Assembly (NCBI GenBank): GCA_047638975.1
Contig: JBLINB010000004.1
Coordinates: 1,161 to 65,160 of the forward strand
Direction of reading: 5' to 3'
DNA length: 64,000 bases
DNA from: Myxococcota bacterium
GTDB lineage: Bacteria > Planctomycetota > UBA1135
A program made the translations under genes and the position numbers. The notes below the pieces were generated by a model, which made no database searches, had not been told where the DNA came from, and saw only the letters and a program-made list of their open reading frames with translations. Each line of letters starts with the position of its first letter. Position 1 is the stretch's first letter. Shown one piece after another: positions 1 through 9,573 of the stretch.

Positions 1-15
1 GATAATTGACGGATA

Positions 16-1191
16 CTACCCATTTTTTCTTTTCAAAACTTTAAACACAAACAGTTCGAGGACATTGGTGGTATCGCGCCATCCTTCAATTTTTAAATGC
101 GTCTCGGCATCTAGAGCCGCCGCGTTGATGCGTGAAATATGTACCGCATCACATACCATCAGTCGCTTTTGCATTTTCGAGATCACAGGCTTACTAGGAC
201 GACTACCGCCCGCCTTTATCGCTTGCTCAAGATTCGGAGTATGCGCCATAAAATCGATGATAGCTGCCGTCTTCTTAACTTCGCCATTTACAGCCGACAT
301 TAATAAAGCGAAAGCGTCGCGCATAGAGACGCGCTTGCCACCCCATGAGCGCAAGCCTTGGCGCGACATCTTGGTCAACAAACGTAAAGCGCTAACCGAG
401 TCGCCGCTTAATACGGCATCAGAGAAATCAAACGCCGAGCCCTCGGCCGAATGCGATGCCACTTCACGCACATCTTCTTCGCTAACACTGCTGAGACCTA
501 ACAACGAAAAGTGATTTATCGCTTGCAACAAATCAGCTGGACGTGATCCGGCTAATGCGACTAAGCTGCCTGCCGCACCGCGCTGCATATTCATCTTTTG
601 CAAACGCGCTTCGTCCGCTACAAATTGTGCTGCCTCTGACGCATCCGGCTCAGGACGCCATGGTGGAGGGTCACTGTACAAAGCACGGAAGCGCAGTTTC
701 TTGGCGGCCTTAATACGCGTCGCCGTAAGTAGTTTTACACCTTTAGAAGCCGAGTCGCCAGTATGCACCAACATAAACTCGGGGCCGGCGCCACTGCTAG
801 CGACTTCCAGTAAACGCTCGGCAAGACGCGGATACTTAGTAATCGCCTTAGCCGCCCGCGTAAAAACCAATGCCTGGCGCGTAGAAAAAAGCGAAGGCGA
901 ATTCAAAAAACCGTCAAGAGTACCGGCGTCAAAATCTGGAGATCCACCGTCGATATCCAAAAAATCTATATCCGATTGAGTGGCAACATACGCACGCGTG
1001 GCCGCAGCTACTTGCTCGCCAAACCACGCCTCTTCGTCACCCTTCGGCGGCAAAATCAGCAACAATCTCGGCAATTCTCCGGCAGCGGCATGCGCACACC
1101 ACTGGCGATATTCAGTACCAGGGTCGAGTTGCTTAGGGCGAGCTGCTGCCATTGCTATAGAGTAAAATCGCCGCTTAACTAATGTCGGCAA
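16..1191 (-). CDS. holA: DNA polymerase III delta subunit-like protein (HolA family)
   Basis: 391-aa ORF. The N-terminal LLILPP..GDEE and FLNSPSLF patterns and a helical C-terminal half are typical of HolA. A later ATG (MAAARPK, coordinate 1152) would avoid the 17-nt overlap with the upstream gene. Confidence 0.5.
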   Translation of the reverse strand: MPTLVKRRFYSIAMAAARPKQLDPGTEYRQWCAHAAAGELPRLLLILPPKGDEEAWFGEQVAAATRAYVATQSDIDFLDIDGGSPDFDAGTLDGFLNSPSLFSTRQALVFTRAAKAITKYPRLAERLLEVASSGAGPEFMLVHTGDSASKGVKLLTATRIKAAKKLRFRALYSDPPPWRPEPDASEAAQFVADEARLQKMNMQRGAAGSLVALAGSRPADLLQAINHFSLLGLSSVSEEDVREVASHSAEGSAFDFSDAVLSGDSVSALRLLTKMSRQGLRSWGGKRVSMRDAFALLMSAVNGEVKKTAAIIDFMAHTPNLEQAIKAGGSRPSKPVISKMQKRLMVCDAVHISRINAAALDAETHLKIEGWRDTTNVLELFVFKVLKRKNG

Positions 1192-2032
1192 CTAAGCTAA
1201 CAAAATACACCATCGGCACCCAAGCATTCACTTTAAAGAAGGCCATCGGGATTTTCTCTTCGCCATAATAGTGCACCAGGCCCAACTCGATGGCGAGCAA
1301 GATGGCGATGATCCCTTCGCCGAGATAGGTGTACAATCCTGTGCCGAGCTGCGTGTTGCTGTAATGCCACAGCAGCAGCGCCGAGGCGAATAAGATCAAA
1401 GAGAGTAACTTAGTCGCGCCGATTCCGAACTTGGCTGGGAACGAGAAGGTGCCTTGCTGCAAGTCATGGCCAATATCTTGAATCGCATAGAGCAAATCAA
1501 AGCCGGCCACCCATAGGCTAACACCGGCGCCGATTAACAGTGGCAGCTGCCATTCGCCGTCAAAAGATTTATTAACCGCCAACCATGCACCTGCGGGCGC
1601 CAGTCCGAGGGCCACGCCTAATCCGAGGTGGCATAAATAAGAAAAGTCTTTGAGATGTGAGTAGCCCAGCAACACCACCAAACACGGCAGCGATAGCCAT
1701 CCACAAATGGGCGCTAGCAAAAAGGATACGCCGACAAAGGCAAGACTACACAGCAGCGTAAAGCGCACCGCATAGCGCACGCTGATTGCACCGCTTACCA
1801 ACTCGCGATCGGCAGTGCGCTCGTTAGAAGCGTCGTGGTGGCGGTCACGCACACGGTTATAGGCCATGGCAGCTGAACGCGCACAGACTGCCGCTATCAC
1901 CAACAGCAACAAGTCGTATAACGGTGGCACGCCCTCGGCGGCTATCCACGCCCCGGCAAGCGCAAATGGCAAGGCAAACACGCTATGCTCGAACTTAATC
2001 ATACGCATCGTCTTCGCAAGCTGGCTAGTCAT
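1175..2032 (-). CDS. UbiA-family aromatic prenyltransferase (4-hydroxybenzoate polyprenyltransferase / MqnP-like)
   Basis: Multi-TM ORF carrying both Asp-rich UbiA motifs (NRVRDRHHD and YAIQDIGHD). I moved the start from 2107 to ATG 2032, which overlaps the ubiX stop as ATGACTAG. Confidence 0.8.
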   Translation of the reverse strand: MTSQLAKTMRMIKFEHSVFALPFALAGAWIAAEGVPPLYDLLLLVIAAVCARSAAMAYNRVRDRHHDASNERTADRELVSGAISVRYAVRFTLLCSLAFVGVSFLLAPICGWLSLPCLVVLLGYSHLKDFSYLCHLGLGVALGLAPAGAWLAVNKSFDGEWQLPLLIGAGVSLWVAGFDLLYAIQDIGHDLQQGTFSFPAKFGIGATKLLSLILFASALLLWHYSNTQLGTGLYTYLGEGIIAILLAIELGLVHYYGEEKIPMAFFKVNAWVPMVYFVSLVADIS

Positions 2033-2645
2033 TAGTTGCGGACGGATTCCAGGGAGCCACGCTCGTTTGCGGCACACCACATACCGCCAAAATTTTGGCG
2101 CAAACATGATCGACTAATTCGGTAATGCTCTGCGGGCGGTGGTAAAAACCGGGGCTCGCAGGCAGAATTGTTGCTCCGGCCCATGCCAAACTTGACATGT
2201 GATCAAGGTGTGTGCGTGACAGTGGCGTCTCGCGCGGAACGATGATTAATTTACGTTGTTCTTTAAGAGCAACTTGTGCGCAACGTTCTATCAGATTAGC
2301 TGCGCTGCCATTACTAATGCCCGACAAGGTAGATAAAGAGCACGGCAGTACGATGACCGCCTCGCCGATGGCAGAGCCCGAAGCCGGAGCTGCGCCAATA
2401 TCATCATGCGCATGCACCGTGACTAAAGAGTGCGATTTAGGGTCGTCGAGCAACACTGACAAATCGCCGTCAAAGTTAATATCACATTCTTCGCGCAACA
2501 CCCGCAGTGCTGCTCGAGAGTAGATCAAATCAACTTGTACATTGGCTGCCGTGAGCATGCGTAAACAGCGCAAGGCATAAATAGCACCACTTGCTCCGCT
2601 AACGGCAAGAACAATGCGACGGTGTGGTGGTGTTGAGTCATTCAT
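2025..2645 (-). CDS. ubiX: Flavin prenyltransferase UbiX
   Basis: 206-aa ORF. The N-terminal RIVLAVSGASGAIYA flavoprotein motif and overall length match the UbiX/Pad1 family. Confidence 0.85.
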   Translation of the reverse strand: MNDSTPPHRRIVLAVSGASGAIYALRCLRMLTAANVQVDLIYSRAALRVLREECDINFDGDLSVLLDDPKSHSLVTVHAHDDIGAAPASGSAIGEAVIVLPCSLSTLSGISNGSAANLIERCAQVALKEQRKLIIVPRETPLSRTHLDHMSSLAWAGATILPASPGFYHRPQSITELVDHVCAKILAVCGVPQTSVAPWNPSATND

Positions 2646-3364
2646 TAGTTAAATTTCAGCAATAATATAGCATCATAGGCGGCATGGGCATATGCACAAA
2701 CGGCCAAACCGCGAAACCAATAGAGTAAACCAAAAACGATACCAGCCAAACTCCGGTAAATCAGTGGTCCGGCCTCTAAAGCGCTTTGATCGCCTGTTGC
2801 GCCGTGAGCCACGGCAAACAAAATGGACGAGATAAATAGCGCTATCACAAAACCCGCTTTGCGAGACACGTCATCACTAAAAAAGTTAATAAAAAGACCG
2901 CGCAGGATCATTGCGAGTCCGCCGAGAAGGATTACGCGGAATAAAAGTTCTTCGTACAAACCCGCGCCAGCTGCGATAGCGAATTTTGCATGCACACTAG
3001 CGGCACTCAGCGAACCGAGACTAAGTGGCAAGAGCTCGTTAGGGATTATATTTTTAAGCCAACTTAGTAATGGACCTAAAATTACCGCCCAGAATAAAGC
3101 TTCGGTAAAAATCAATACCGCGCCACCACGCCACGCCAGTTCTAACTGTCGAATGCGCCCGATGGCCCAAAATATTGAGACACATAAGGCCGCAACCAGA
3201 GCCCACAAAGCATAAGGTTGCCATTGCTCCAAATAGTATTCGACCATCGACACCGCCTCAAGCGGAGCCGCGTTGTGCCCACTGAGATGTAACAATGCCA
3301 ACGGCAGTAGCATCAAAAAACTAATCGCTGGATCGCGACGGTAGGGTTCGAGGAGACTATTCAC
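2645..3364 (-). CDS. CPBP-family intramembrane metalloprotease (CAAX protease-like)
   Basis: Polytopic membrane ORF with the three CPBP motifs: EELLFRVILLGG, FAVAHG and HAAYD. It shares 1-nt start/stop overlaps with both neighbours. Confidence 0.75.
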   Translation of the reverse strand: MNSLLEPYRRDPAISFLMLLPLALLHLSGHNAAPLEAVSMVEYYLEQWQPYALWALVAALCVSIFWAIGRIRQLELAWRGGAVLIFTEALFWAVILGPLLSWLKNIIPNELLPLSLGSLSAASVHAKFAIAAGAGLYEELLFRVILLGGLAMILRGLFINFFSDDVSRKAGFVIALFISSILFAVAHGATGDQSALEAGPLIYRSLAGIVFGLLYWFRGLAVCAYAHAAYDAILLLKFN

Positions 3365-4062
3365 TATTGTTTTTTTATAGCAACAAACAGGCGGGCTATG
3401 CCGCCACTCAATGCAGTATCACGATGCAATTGTAGTCCATTAGATGTCAACAACTTAGAAAAAGCATTAGCCGTGTAGAAATTATCTACGCTTTGCGGCA
3501 GGTAAGTATAAGCTCCAGTGCGTCCAGCGCGTACGATGCTCGCGATTACCGGTAAGATTCGCAAGAAATACAATCTAAACAAGAAGCGCCATACACGATT
3601 TTTAATTGGGAAAAACTCTAGGACAACCAGTCGTCCGTTTGGTTTAAGTACGCGCTGGCATTCTTGAATCGCTAATGCGACATCTTCGACATTACGAATA
3701 CCAAATGCGATGCTCACGATGTCAAAAGAGTGATCTGCAAACGGTAAATACTGGGCATCAGCTTGCACCCAATCAACACTTACTTTTTTCTTTAAGGCCT
3801 TGGCCGGAGCTATAGCCAGCATCTCAAAAGTAAAATCTGCGCCGACGGTATCGCATCCACGGCGCGCGAATTCAATCGCCAAATCGCCGGTGCCACAACA
3901 CAAATCTAAGACCTTGTCGTTAGCTTGGATATCACTCGCTTTAATAGCACACCGGCGCCACCAACGATCTATACCAAAGCTAAGAAAGCCGTTTAAGAAG
4001 TCGTAGCGCTCGGCAATCTCTCCGAACATAGATTGCACTTGCTTCCCAGGAGGAGCTGCCAT
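3364..4062 (-). CDS. ubiE: Demethylmenaquinone/ubiquinone C-methyltransferase (UbiE/MenG)
   Basis: MFGEIAERYDFLNGFLSFGIDRWWRR N-terminal signature and VLDLCCGTGDL SAM-binding motif. Confidence 0.85.
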   Translation of the reverse strand: MAAPPGKQVQSMFGEIAERYDFLNGFLSFGIDRWWRRCAIKASDIQANDKVLDLCCGTGDLAIEFARRGCDTVGADFTFEMLAIAPAKALKKKVSVDWVQADAQYLPFADHSFDIVSIAFGIRNVEDVALAIQECQRVLKPNGRLVVLEFFPIKNRVWRFLFRLYFLRILPVIASIVRAGRTGAYTYLPQSVDNFYTANAFSKLLTSNGLQLHRDTALSGGIARLFVAIKKQ

Positions 4063-4110
4063 TCAATGAAAGATTATGATTGCCGAGCGCTACGCGAGTC
4101 TCGTTTGTTT

Positions 4111-7100
4111 TTACTGACGCCAGTAGTGAGCCAATACTGACACACCTTCGGTACGGATAGGCGGTACAGCTACCGTGCCTGCTGTGATGTTTAGCACGTC
4201 AATGAAACCAGCCGATGAGGCAGCAAACAAGAAACGTGGGAGAGAAACTGCTGCGCCTGCTCTAGACAAAGCCTTCGAGCTGTGCGGGACCAAATTTGAT
4301 CCGCCGAAAACAGAGTAACTGGTGGTTATAGCGCCAAAGTTATTTAAATCATCGACAGCCATGTCACGGATGGATGATGACGAGAATACATCTTTGTATT
4401 GCTTGATCATTAACCATTCTTTACCACGGCGGCTAGGGTCGGCAACTACACCTGGAGACAAACGGATATTAACCGCACCTGTTGGCGATGAGTCTAGCCA
4501 GATATCATCGATAAAAGCACCGGATGGTGGCGCGTATGCGACAAACACTGAGTGCTTCGACGAACCAGGGTTGATTAAGATTGAACTTGGGTTTTCGAAA
4601 CCACTGCGACCATCTAGTAGTGGCTCGCCAATAAATTCATCAAAGCCAATGCCTTGCAAGCCGTCGGGACCTGATTCGAAAATCTTCATGTCGCCGTTTT
4701 GCAGTACAACGTATGCGTAGTAAAGGCCTGTGGTGTAGACTGAAGAGCTACGGTCTGTAACAGCCAACAACTTTGGATTGTTTACACCAGCGATGATTTT
4801 GCGGACAGCAAGACCATTGCCTGAGATGATTGCCATTGAATCTGAGCGGTCACAAATCACCAAGATGTCTTCACCCTGTCCTTGCCAAACTAACTGGGTT
4901 GGGCCTAAAGCACGGCGACCATTTTGATCGACTAAACTGACTACCTTAATGTTCTCAAGGAAAGTCGGCGAGAAGGGATCTGTATCGATGAACGTAACAG
5001 TCGATGCACTATTATTGGATACTGCAAGGATGTTAAGGTCTGGAGAAATGGCGAGGTCGCGTGGACTCACTACAGGCAACTTTTTAATCGTCGTCATGCG
5101 GTTTGAGTTTAGGACCACAATCTCGGAATTAGTTTCGTCAAGTACAAACAGGAAGTGACCGATTTGCTGACGTAACACGAATGTTGGACAACCGGTTTGC
5201 GCTGGAGCTGGCCCCCAGAAGCCGCCATAGTTCACGGATTCTGTAAGCAATCCTGAAGGGGCGAGACCTGATACTGAATTACCAAAAGAGTTACCCGGAC
5301 CTAGAAGACTTGCCAGACCCAGTTGAGTAGGCTCATCAGCCTGAATCAATGGTGAGTAGCAAGAAGGTGCCAATTGTAAACGCGGTGGGTTTGGGTGTGG
5401 AGCATTTGAAATGTTGTTACCACGTCCGCCTTGAGTGCTGAGTGGTATTGTTTGAAATGCCAGACTTGCACAATTATTTTGACCGCCAGCAATACATTCC
5501 CAGTTGTTGTAAGCCAAATCAAGTGGATGCCCTATCATGATATCGGAAATAGACCCCAGGTTTGATGACGCCGTTAGAGCTGTACTTAAAGAAGTATCTT
5601 GCGTGAGTGTAAAGACACCACGTGAACCCGCTGCTAAGGATGTAGTATCAGCAGTAAGCGGTGGGAAAAGACCCTGTAGCCCAAGGTTTGGGTTAAACGG
5701 GAACTTCGTTACGTCGCCGGATACTGGGTTGTTATCAGCATCATAAGCTACGTTATATTGAGTATTAATATAATCGTGAGTCGGATCGCCTGTACCCTGG
5801 CCAAAGCCATCAAGGTCGAGTACTTTCATACCTTCGTTGGAAGCAATGATAATTGCACCAGGCATAACCGGCGCGTTAACCAAGCCCGGGCAATCAGAAC
5901 CTACGACGAACGACACGACTTCTTTTTGGATAGAAGCACCCTCTTGATTACCGAACAAATCTTCAGCAGATTTATTCCAGTAAGTGATTGCTACAGTAGA
6001 TTGTGCACCGAATGGATCTTGCCCAGGGAAAGGCACCACTGGTGAGACGATGTACGTAGTCAAGTTAAATGGACTGACAGGAGCAACGGTATACGCTAAA
6101 GGTATTGTCGTACCTGGCAAGTTTTGCCCAGGAGCTACTGGCGGATAAAATTCAACAGTAAACTCGCTCGACAATGATGGCGGGAATGCGCCAGGAATTG
6201 GGCCGACAGTATGCGGCTGACATGCTTCATTAAATGACCAGAGGATTTCTTCGTCGCAAGGTACATCAATATCAGCGTCTCGTGGGCTGGTAACGATGCG
6301 TCCGCCAGGGCCGTCTAGTAACGTTATAGGTGCACCGCCATCGTCGCCGGCTACAGCAGAAGTAGCAATGCCGCCATTTTCTAGGTAAAAGCCACGTGTT
6401 GAACGAACACCACCTTCGACTTCGCCAAGCTCAGTACCTTTGATCACTACGCGGATTGTTTTGTTGGCTGGGAATGTATCGTAGGTTGTTAAATCATCAT
6501 CGTTATCAGCAACAAACATAAATGTGCTTTTCGCGATGTAATTACCGGCACTTGCAAAAGCGCCATTTGGGACGCCGCTAGCGGCATCGGAAGTACCAGG
6601 AAAACCAATACCCGGAGTAATATTTGTGCCGTTGCGACTAAAAGTCAATGCCTCTACTGCTGAAGAGCCACTACCCCTTACCCAACGCTCGCGAGCTGGC
6701 CCCGTACCGAAGTAAGTGTAGCCATTAATGAAAGCGCGACCGGGAATAGGTGTACTCTGGCCAGTTGCTCTGTCGTAAGCAACTACCGTAATAGCACCTG
6801 TTAAACCATTGTTGGACAGGCCTGATGCCGTAGGGTCAAGAACCGAAGCTTCATCGATATCACCCGTAAAACTAACAACCACAAAATGGTTACCGCTAGC
6901 ATTAGCTGGGTTGATAGCAGCTGTTGGCCATGCAACAGGTGGCAAAATTGGGTTCAAGTCAGTGGATGGATTATTGTATAAATCTTCCAGCTGACGTATT
7001 TCGATAAGCTGCGCTGTTGGACCACCTGTTATGGGATCTGCAACTGGAATTACATACGGCAGAAGTCGTCCGAAACCGTTGCTAACTTCAGTTAACGACA

Positions 7101-7209
7101 TGACAGGAGCACCGCTGCTGCCGAGTACAGATTCATCCTTACTAAGGCATGACGCAGCTGAGGCGACTACGACGACCGCCAAGGCTTTAGTGAGTTGACT
7201 TGAATTCAT
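4111..7209 (-). CDS. Large secreted lipoprotein of unknown function with a beta-propeller-like C-terminal part
   Basis: 1032-aa ORF. It has a signal peptide with a lipobox-like ASAASC. The sequence is Gly/Pro/Thr rich, and C-terminal segments such as ILAVSNNSASTVTFIDTD resemble YVTN-type propeller blades. Confidence 0.4.
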   Translation of the reverse strand: MNSSQLTKALAVVVVASAASCLSKDESVLGSSGAPVMSLTEVSNGFGRLLPYVIPVADPITGGPTAQLIEIRQLEDLYNNPSTDLNPILPPVAWPTAAINPANASGNHFVVVSFTGDIDEASVLDPTASGLSNNGLTGAITVVAYDRATGQSTPIPGRAFINGYTYFGTGPARERWVRGSGSSAVEALTFSRNGTNITPGIGFPGTSDAASGVPNGAFASAGNYIAKSTFMFVADNDDDLTTYDTFPANKTIRVVIKGTELGEVEGGVRSTRGFYLENGGIATSAVAGDDGGAPITLLDGPGGRIVTSPRDADIDVPCDEEILWSFNEACQPHTVGPIPGAFPPSLSSEFTVEFYPPVAPGQNLPGTTIPLAYTVAPVSPFNLTTYIVSPVVPFPGQDPFGAQSTVAITYWNKSAEDLFGNQEGASIQKEVVSFVVGSDCPGLVNAPVMPGAIIIASNEGMKVLDLDGFGQGTGDPTHDYINTQYNVAYDADNNPVSGDVTKFPFNPNLGLQGLFPPLTADTTSLAAGSRGVFTLTQDTSLSTALTASSNLGSISDIMIGHPLDLAYNNWECIAGGQNNCASLAFQTIPLSTQGGRGNNISNAPHPNPPRLQLAPSCYSPLIQADEPTQLGLASLLGPGNSFGNSVSGLAPSGLLTESVNYGGFWGPAPAQTGCPTFVLRQQIGHFLFVLDETNSEIVVLNSNRMTTIKKLPVVSPRDLAISPDLNILAVSNNSASTVTFIDTDPFSPTFLENIKVVSLVDQNGRRALGPTQLVWQGQGEDILVICDRSDSMAIISGNGLAVRKIIAGVNNPKLLAVTDRSSSVYTTGLYYAYVVLQNGDMKIFESGPDGLQGIGFDEFIGEPLLDGRSGFENPSSILINPGSSKHSVFVAYAPPSGAFIDDIWLDSSPTGAVNIRLSPGVVADPSRRGKEWLMIKQYKDVFSSSSIRDMAVDDLNNFGAITTSYSVFGGSNLVPHSSKALSRAGAAVSLPRFLFAASSAGFIDVLNITAGTVAVPPIRTEGVSVLAHYWRQ

Positions 7210-7364
7210 TATGTTAATTGTTTTGACTAAGGAGGGTTTAGCTACTTAGGGCAATTATCATGCCATGTTTTTATGCCCTTGACTAGTAATTTAAGCGACT
7301 AAACTGTTTTTTTTCGCACACTAGTGAGCGTTTTTGCACACTGCCGCTAGAAATTGGCTCTCGG

Positions 7365-8390
7365 ATGAGTCAGACTCTAGGAATGGCAGAAGAATCATCC
7401 TTCACTCTCGGAGTTGCAGCATCCACAGAAAGTGAATACGAACGCACGCTCAGCCCGAAAGATTTTAGCGATTTTCTAGGGCAGAAAGAGCTTTTAGCCC
7501 CCTTAAAGCTCATGATTAAGGCATGCCAGCAGCGGGACGAGGTTCTTGAGCACCTATTATTTACCGGGCAGCCTGGTCTAGGGAAGACTTCTTTGGCACT
7601 TGCCCTTGGCAGCGAGATGAAACGCCCTTTAAAAATAATTTCAGGCCCAGCACTGAATCGCGCCAAAGATTTAGTGGGTATTTTGAGTCAGCTTGAATTT
7701 GGGACAATCCTTTTCATCGATGAAATCCATCGTATGAACATCGAAATCGAAGAATATCTGTATGGAGCGATGGATCGCTTCCAGATTGAGTGGACTTTTG
7801 ATAGTGGCGAGCACGCTCGTTTGCTCAAGCTTGATATCAAACCTTTTACCCTAGTCGGCGCCACTACCCGCGAAGCTTTGCTGAGTGCGCCATTCCGTTC
7901 GCGTTTTGGACACCGCTTGGCGTTTAGTCCCTATGCACACGATGCCATTTGCCAAATACTGCTGCGTTCCTCCAAGCTACTCAATATCGAGTTAGAAGAT
8001 AACGCTGCACAAAGCTTGGCCAAATTTTCACGTGGCACACCACGCATCGCAAATCGTTTATTGCGCCGCGCCCGCGATCTAGCTCAAGTTAATTTTGCTG
8101 GCGTCATCAATCAACAATGCTGCGATCAAACTTTGGAGATGCTTGGCATCGACAGCAACGGGCTTGAAGACACCGACCGCAAAGTATTAGCAGCTCTGTA
8201 TAACTCAGAAGACGGAAGGCCTTTAGGTTTAAAAAACTTAAGCGTCGCAGCTAACGAAGCAGAAGACACTTTAGCCGAAGTTATCGAACCGTGGTTAATT
8301 CGCCAAGGTTTCATGCAGCGTACTCCTCAAGGACGCCTATTAACGACTGCCGGAAGAAATGCTTTAGGTGTGTCAGCTGCTGATGAATAA
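7365..8390 (+). CDS. ruvB: Holliday junction branch migration helicase RuvB
   Basis: Walker A GQPGLGKTS, FIDEIHR, TLVGATTR and GTPRIANRLLRR motifs. Confidence 0.95.
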   Translation: MSQTLGMAEESSFTLGVAASTESEYERTLSPKDFSDFLGQKELLAPLKLMIKACQQRDEVLEHLLFTGQPGLGKTSLALALGSEMKRPLKIISGPALNRAKDLVGILSQLEFGTILFIDEIHRMNIEIEEYLYGAMDRFQIEWTFDSGEHARLLKLDIKPFTLVGATTREALLSAPFRSRFGHRLAFSPYAHDAICQILLRSSKLLNIELEDNAAQSLAKFSRGTPRIANRLLRRARDLAQVNFAGVINQQCCDQTLEMLGIDSNGLEDTDRKVLAALYNSEDGRPLGLKNLSVAANEAEDTLAEVIEPWLIRQGFMQRTPQGRLLTTAGRNALGVSAADE

Positions 8391-9573
8391 AACGCTGGCT
8401 ATTCTTTTTGTCGGCATTTTCAGTGTACTGATTATGTTATTAGCTCAAGTTTTTTCCGTGTCCGCGCCTACCCCTGACGTCGTTAATCCAAAAGTCACTG
8501 TACGCCTGCAGTCGATTAAACTTGGCGAGTCTATACCTTTAGAGATAAGTGGCCGTTGGCAAATGGTTGACACTAGAAATGAGAATGTGTTAATCGAACG
8601 TGACAATTTCCAAGGAAACCTCGCATGCGACATCACTGGCCCGCAATTAGGCGCCTATGCTAGTAATCGCGACTATATTCATCTAAGCTTCGACAGCAAA
8701 TCATCATTAAGGTTGAATTATTTCAGTTACCCTGGCGATTTAATCATTGAGGTTGAGCGTGACAAAGACAATCAGCCGAAAGAAATGCAGCTATTTTTGG
8801 AACTAGATCTCGAAGACTATGTACTAGGTGTTATCTGCGGCGAGTTGCCCTCGCAGACACCGAATATCGGCGCTGCACTTGCAGCTCAAGCTGTTGCAGC
8901 ACGTACCTATGCTATTTACAAGATACAACAGGGCAAGCGCTTGCGCGGAGATTCTCGCGACCAAGTTTATATTGGTAGTGATTACTATACGCAACAAGCG
9001 CGTGATGCTGCGCACCTGACATCGGGCCTGGTCCTAAAAGAGAACGCTGCTGTTTTGCCAAGTTTTTTTCATCGTAGTTGCGGAGGTGGCACCACTGACG
9101 CAAAACTAGCTGATTTTAGCAAACAGTACCTTCAAGGGCTTAGCGGAAATCCAGATTCAGAGTGCGCCGATGTATATCAACGTTGGGCGCGCACGATTGA
9201 TGTAAACAGACTCGACAAGCTAAGCACCGATCTTAATTTAGGCGATAGTTTATTAGCATTGAATACTGTGACTAAAGATAAATATCAGCGCCGCTTAATG
9301 ATGCGCCTACAAGGCAAAAAAGGCCACCGCGATGTTACCGGAGAGTTTGTACGTGCGCGCCTCGGATTGCCTTCAATGATTTGGCATGCTCTAATCATCA
9401 ACCCTGACGGTTCCATTACAATAACCGGTTCTGGACACGGTCATGGTATTGGCCTGTGCCAAGAAGGAGCAATGCGGCGTGCCACTCAAGGCGCAGATTA
9501 TGCCTCCATTTTACAGCACTATTACCCTAGTGCCGAAGTTGCAGTATTAACAGCAAAACTATTTAACCAATGA
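8383..9573 (+). CDS. SpoIID/LytB-domain protein (peptidoglycan lytic transglycosylase-like)
   Basis: N-terminal TM segment, AQAVAARTYA and SCGGGT SpoIID motifs, GHGHGIGLCQEGA. ATG 8383 overlaps the ruvB stop (ATGAATAA). Confidence 0.8.
   Translation: MNKTLAILFVGIFSVLIMLLAQVFSVSAPTPDVVNPKVTVRLQSIKLGESIPLEISGRWQMVDTRNENVLIERDNFQGNLACDITGPQLGAYASNRDYIHLSFDSKSSLRLNYFSYPGDLIIEVERDKDNQPKEMQLFLELDLEDYVLGVICGELPSQTPNIGAALAAQAVAARTYAIYKIQQGKRLRGDSRDQVYIGSDYYTQQARDAAHLTSGLVLKENAAVLPSFFHRSCGGGTTDAKLADFSKQYLQGLSGNPDSECADVYQRWARTIDVNRLDKLSTDLNLGDSLLALNTVTKDKYQRRLMMRLQGKKGHRDVTGEFVRARLGLPSMIWHALIINPDGSITITGSGHGHGIGLCQEGAMRRATQGADYASILQHYYPSAEVAVLTAKLFNQ

Noticed and set aside
4063-4110. Possible terminator after the 1032-aa lipoprotein gene
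   Set aside because: I found only very short or imperfect pairings (CGAG/CTCG with a 1-nt loop) and no convincing stem-loop followed by a U-run on the minus strand.
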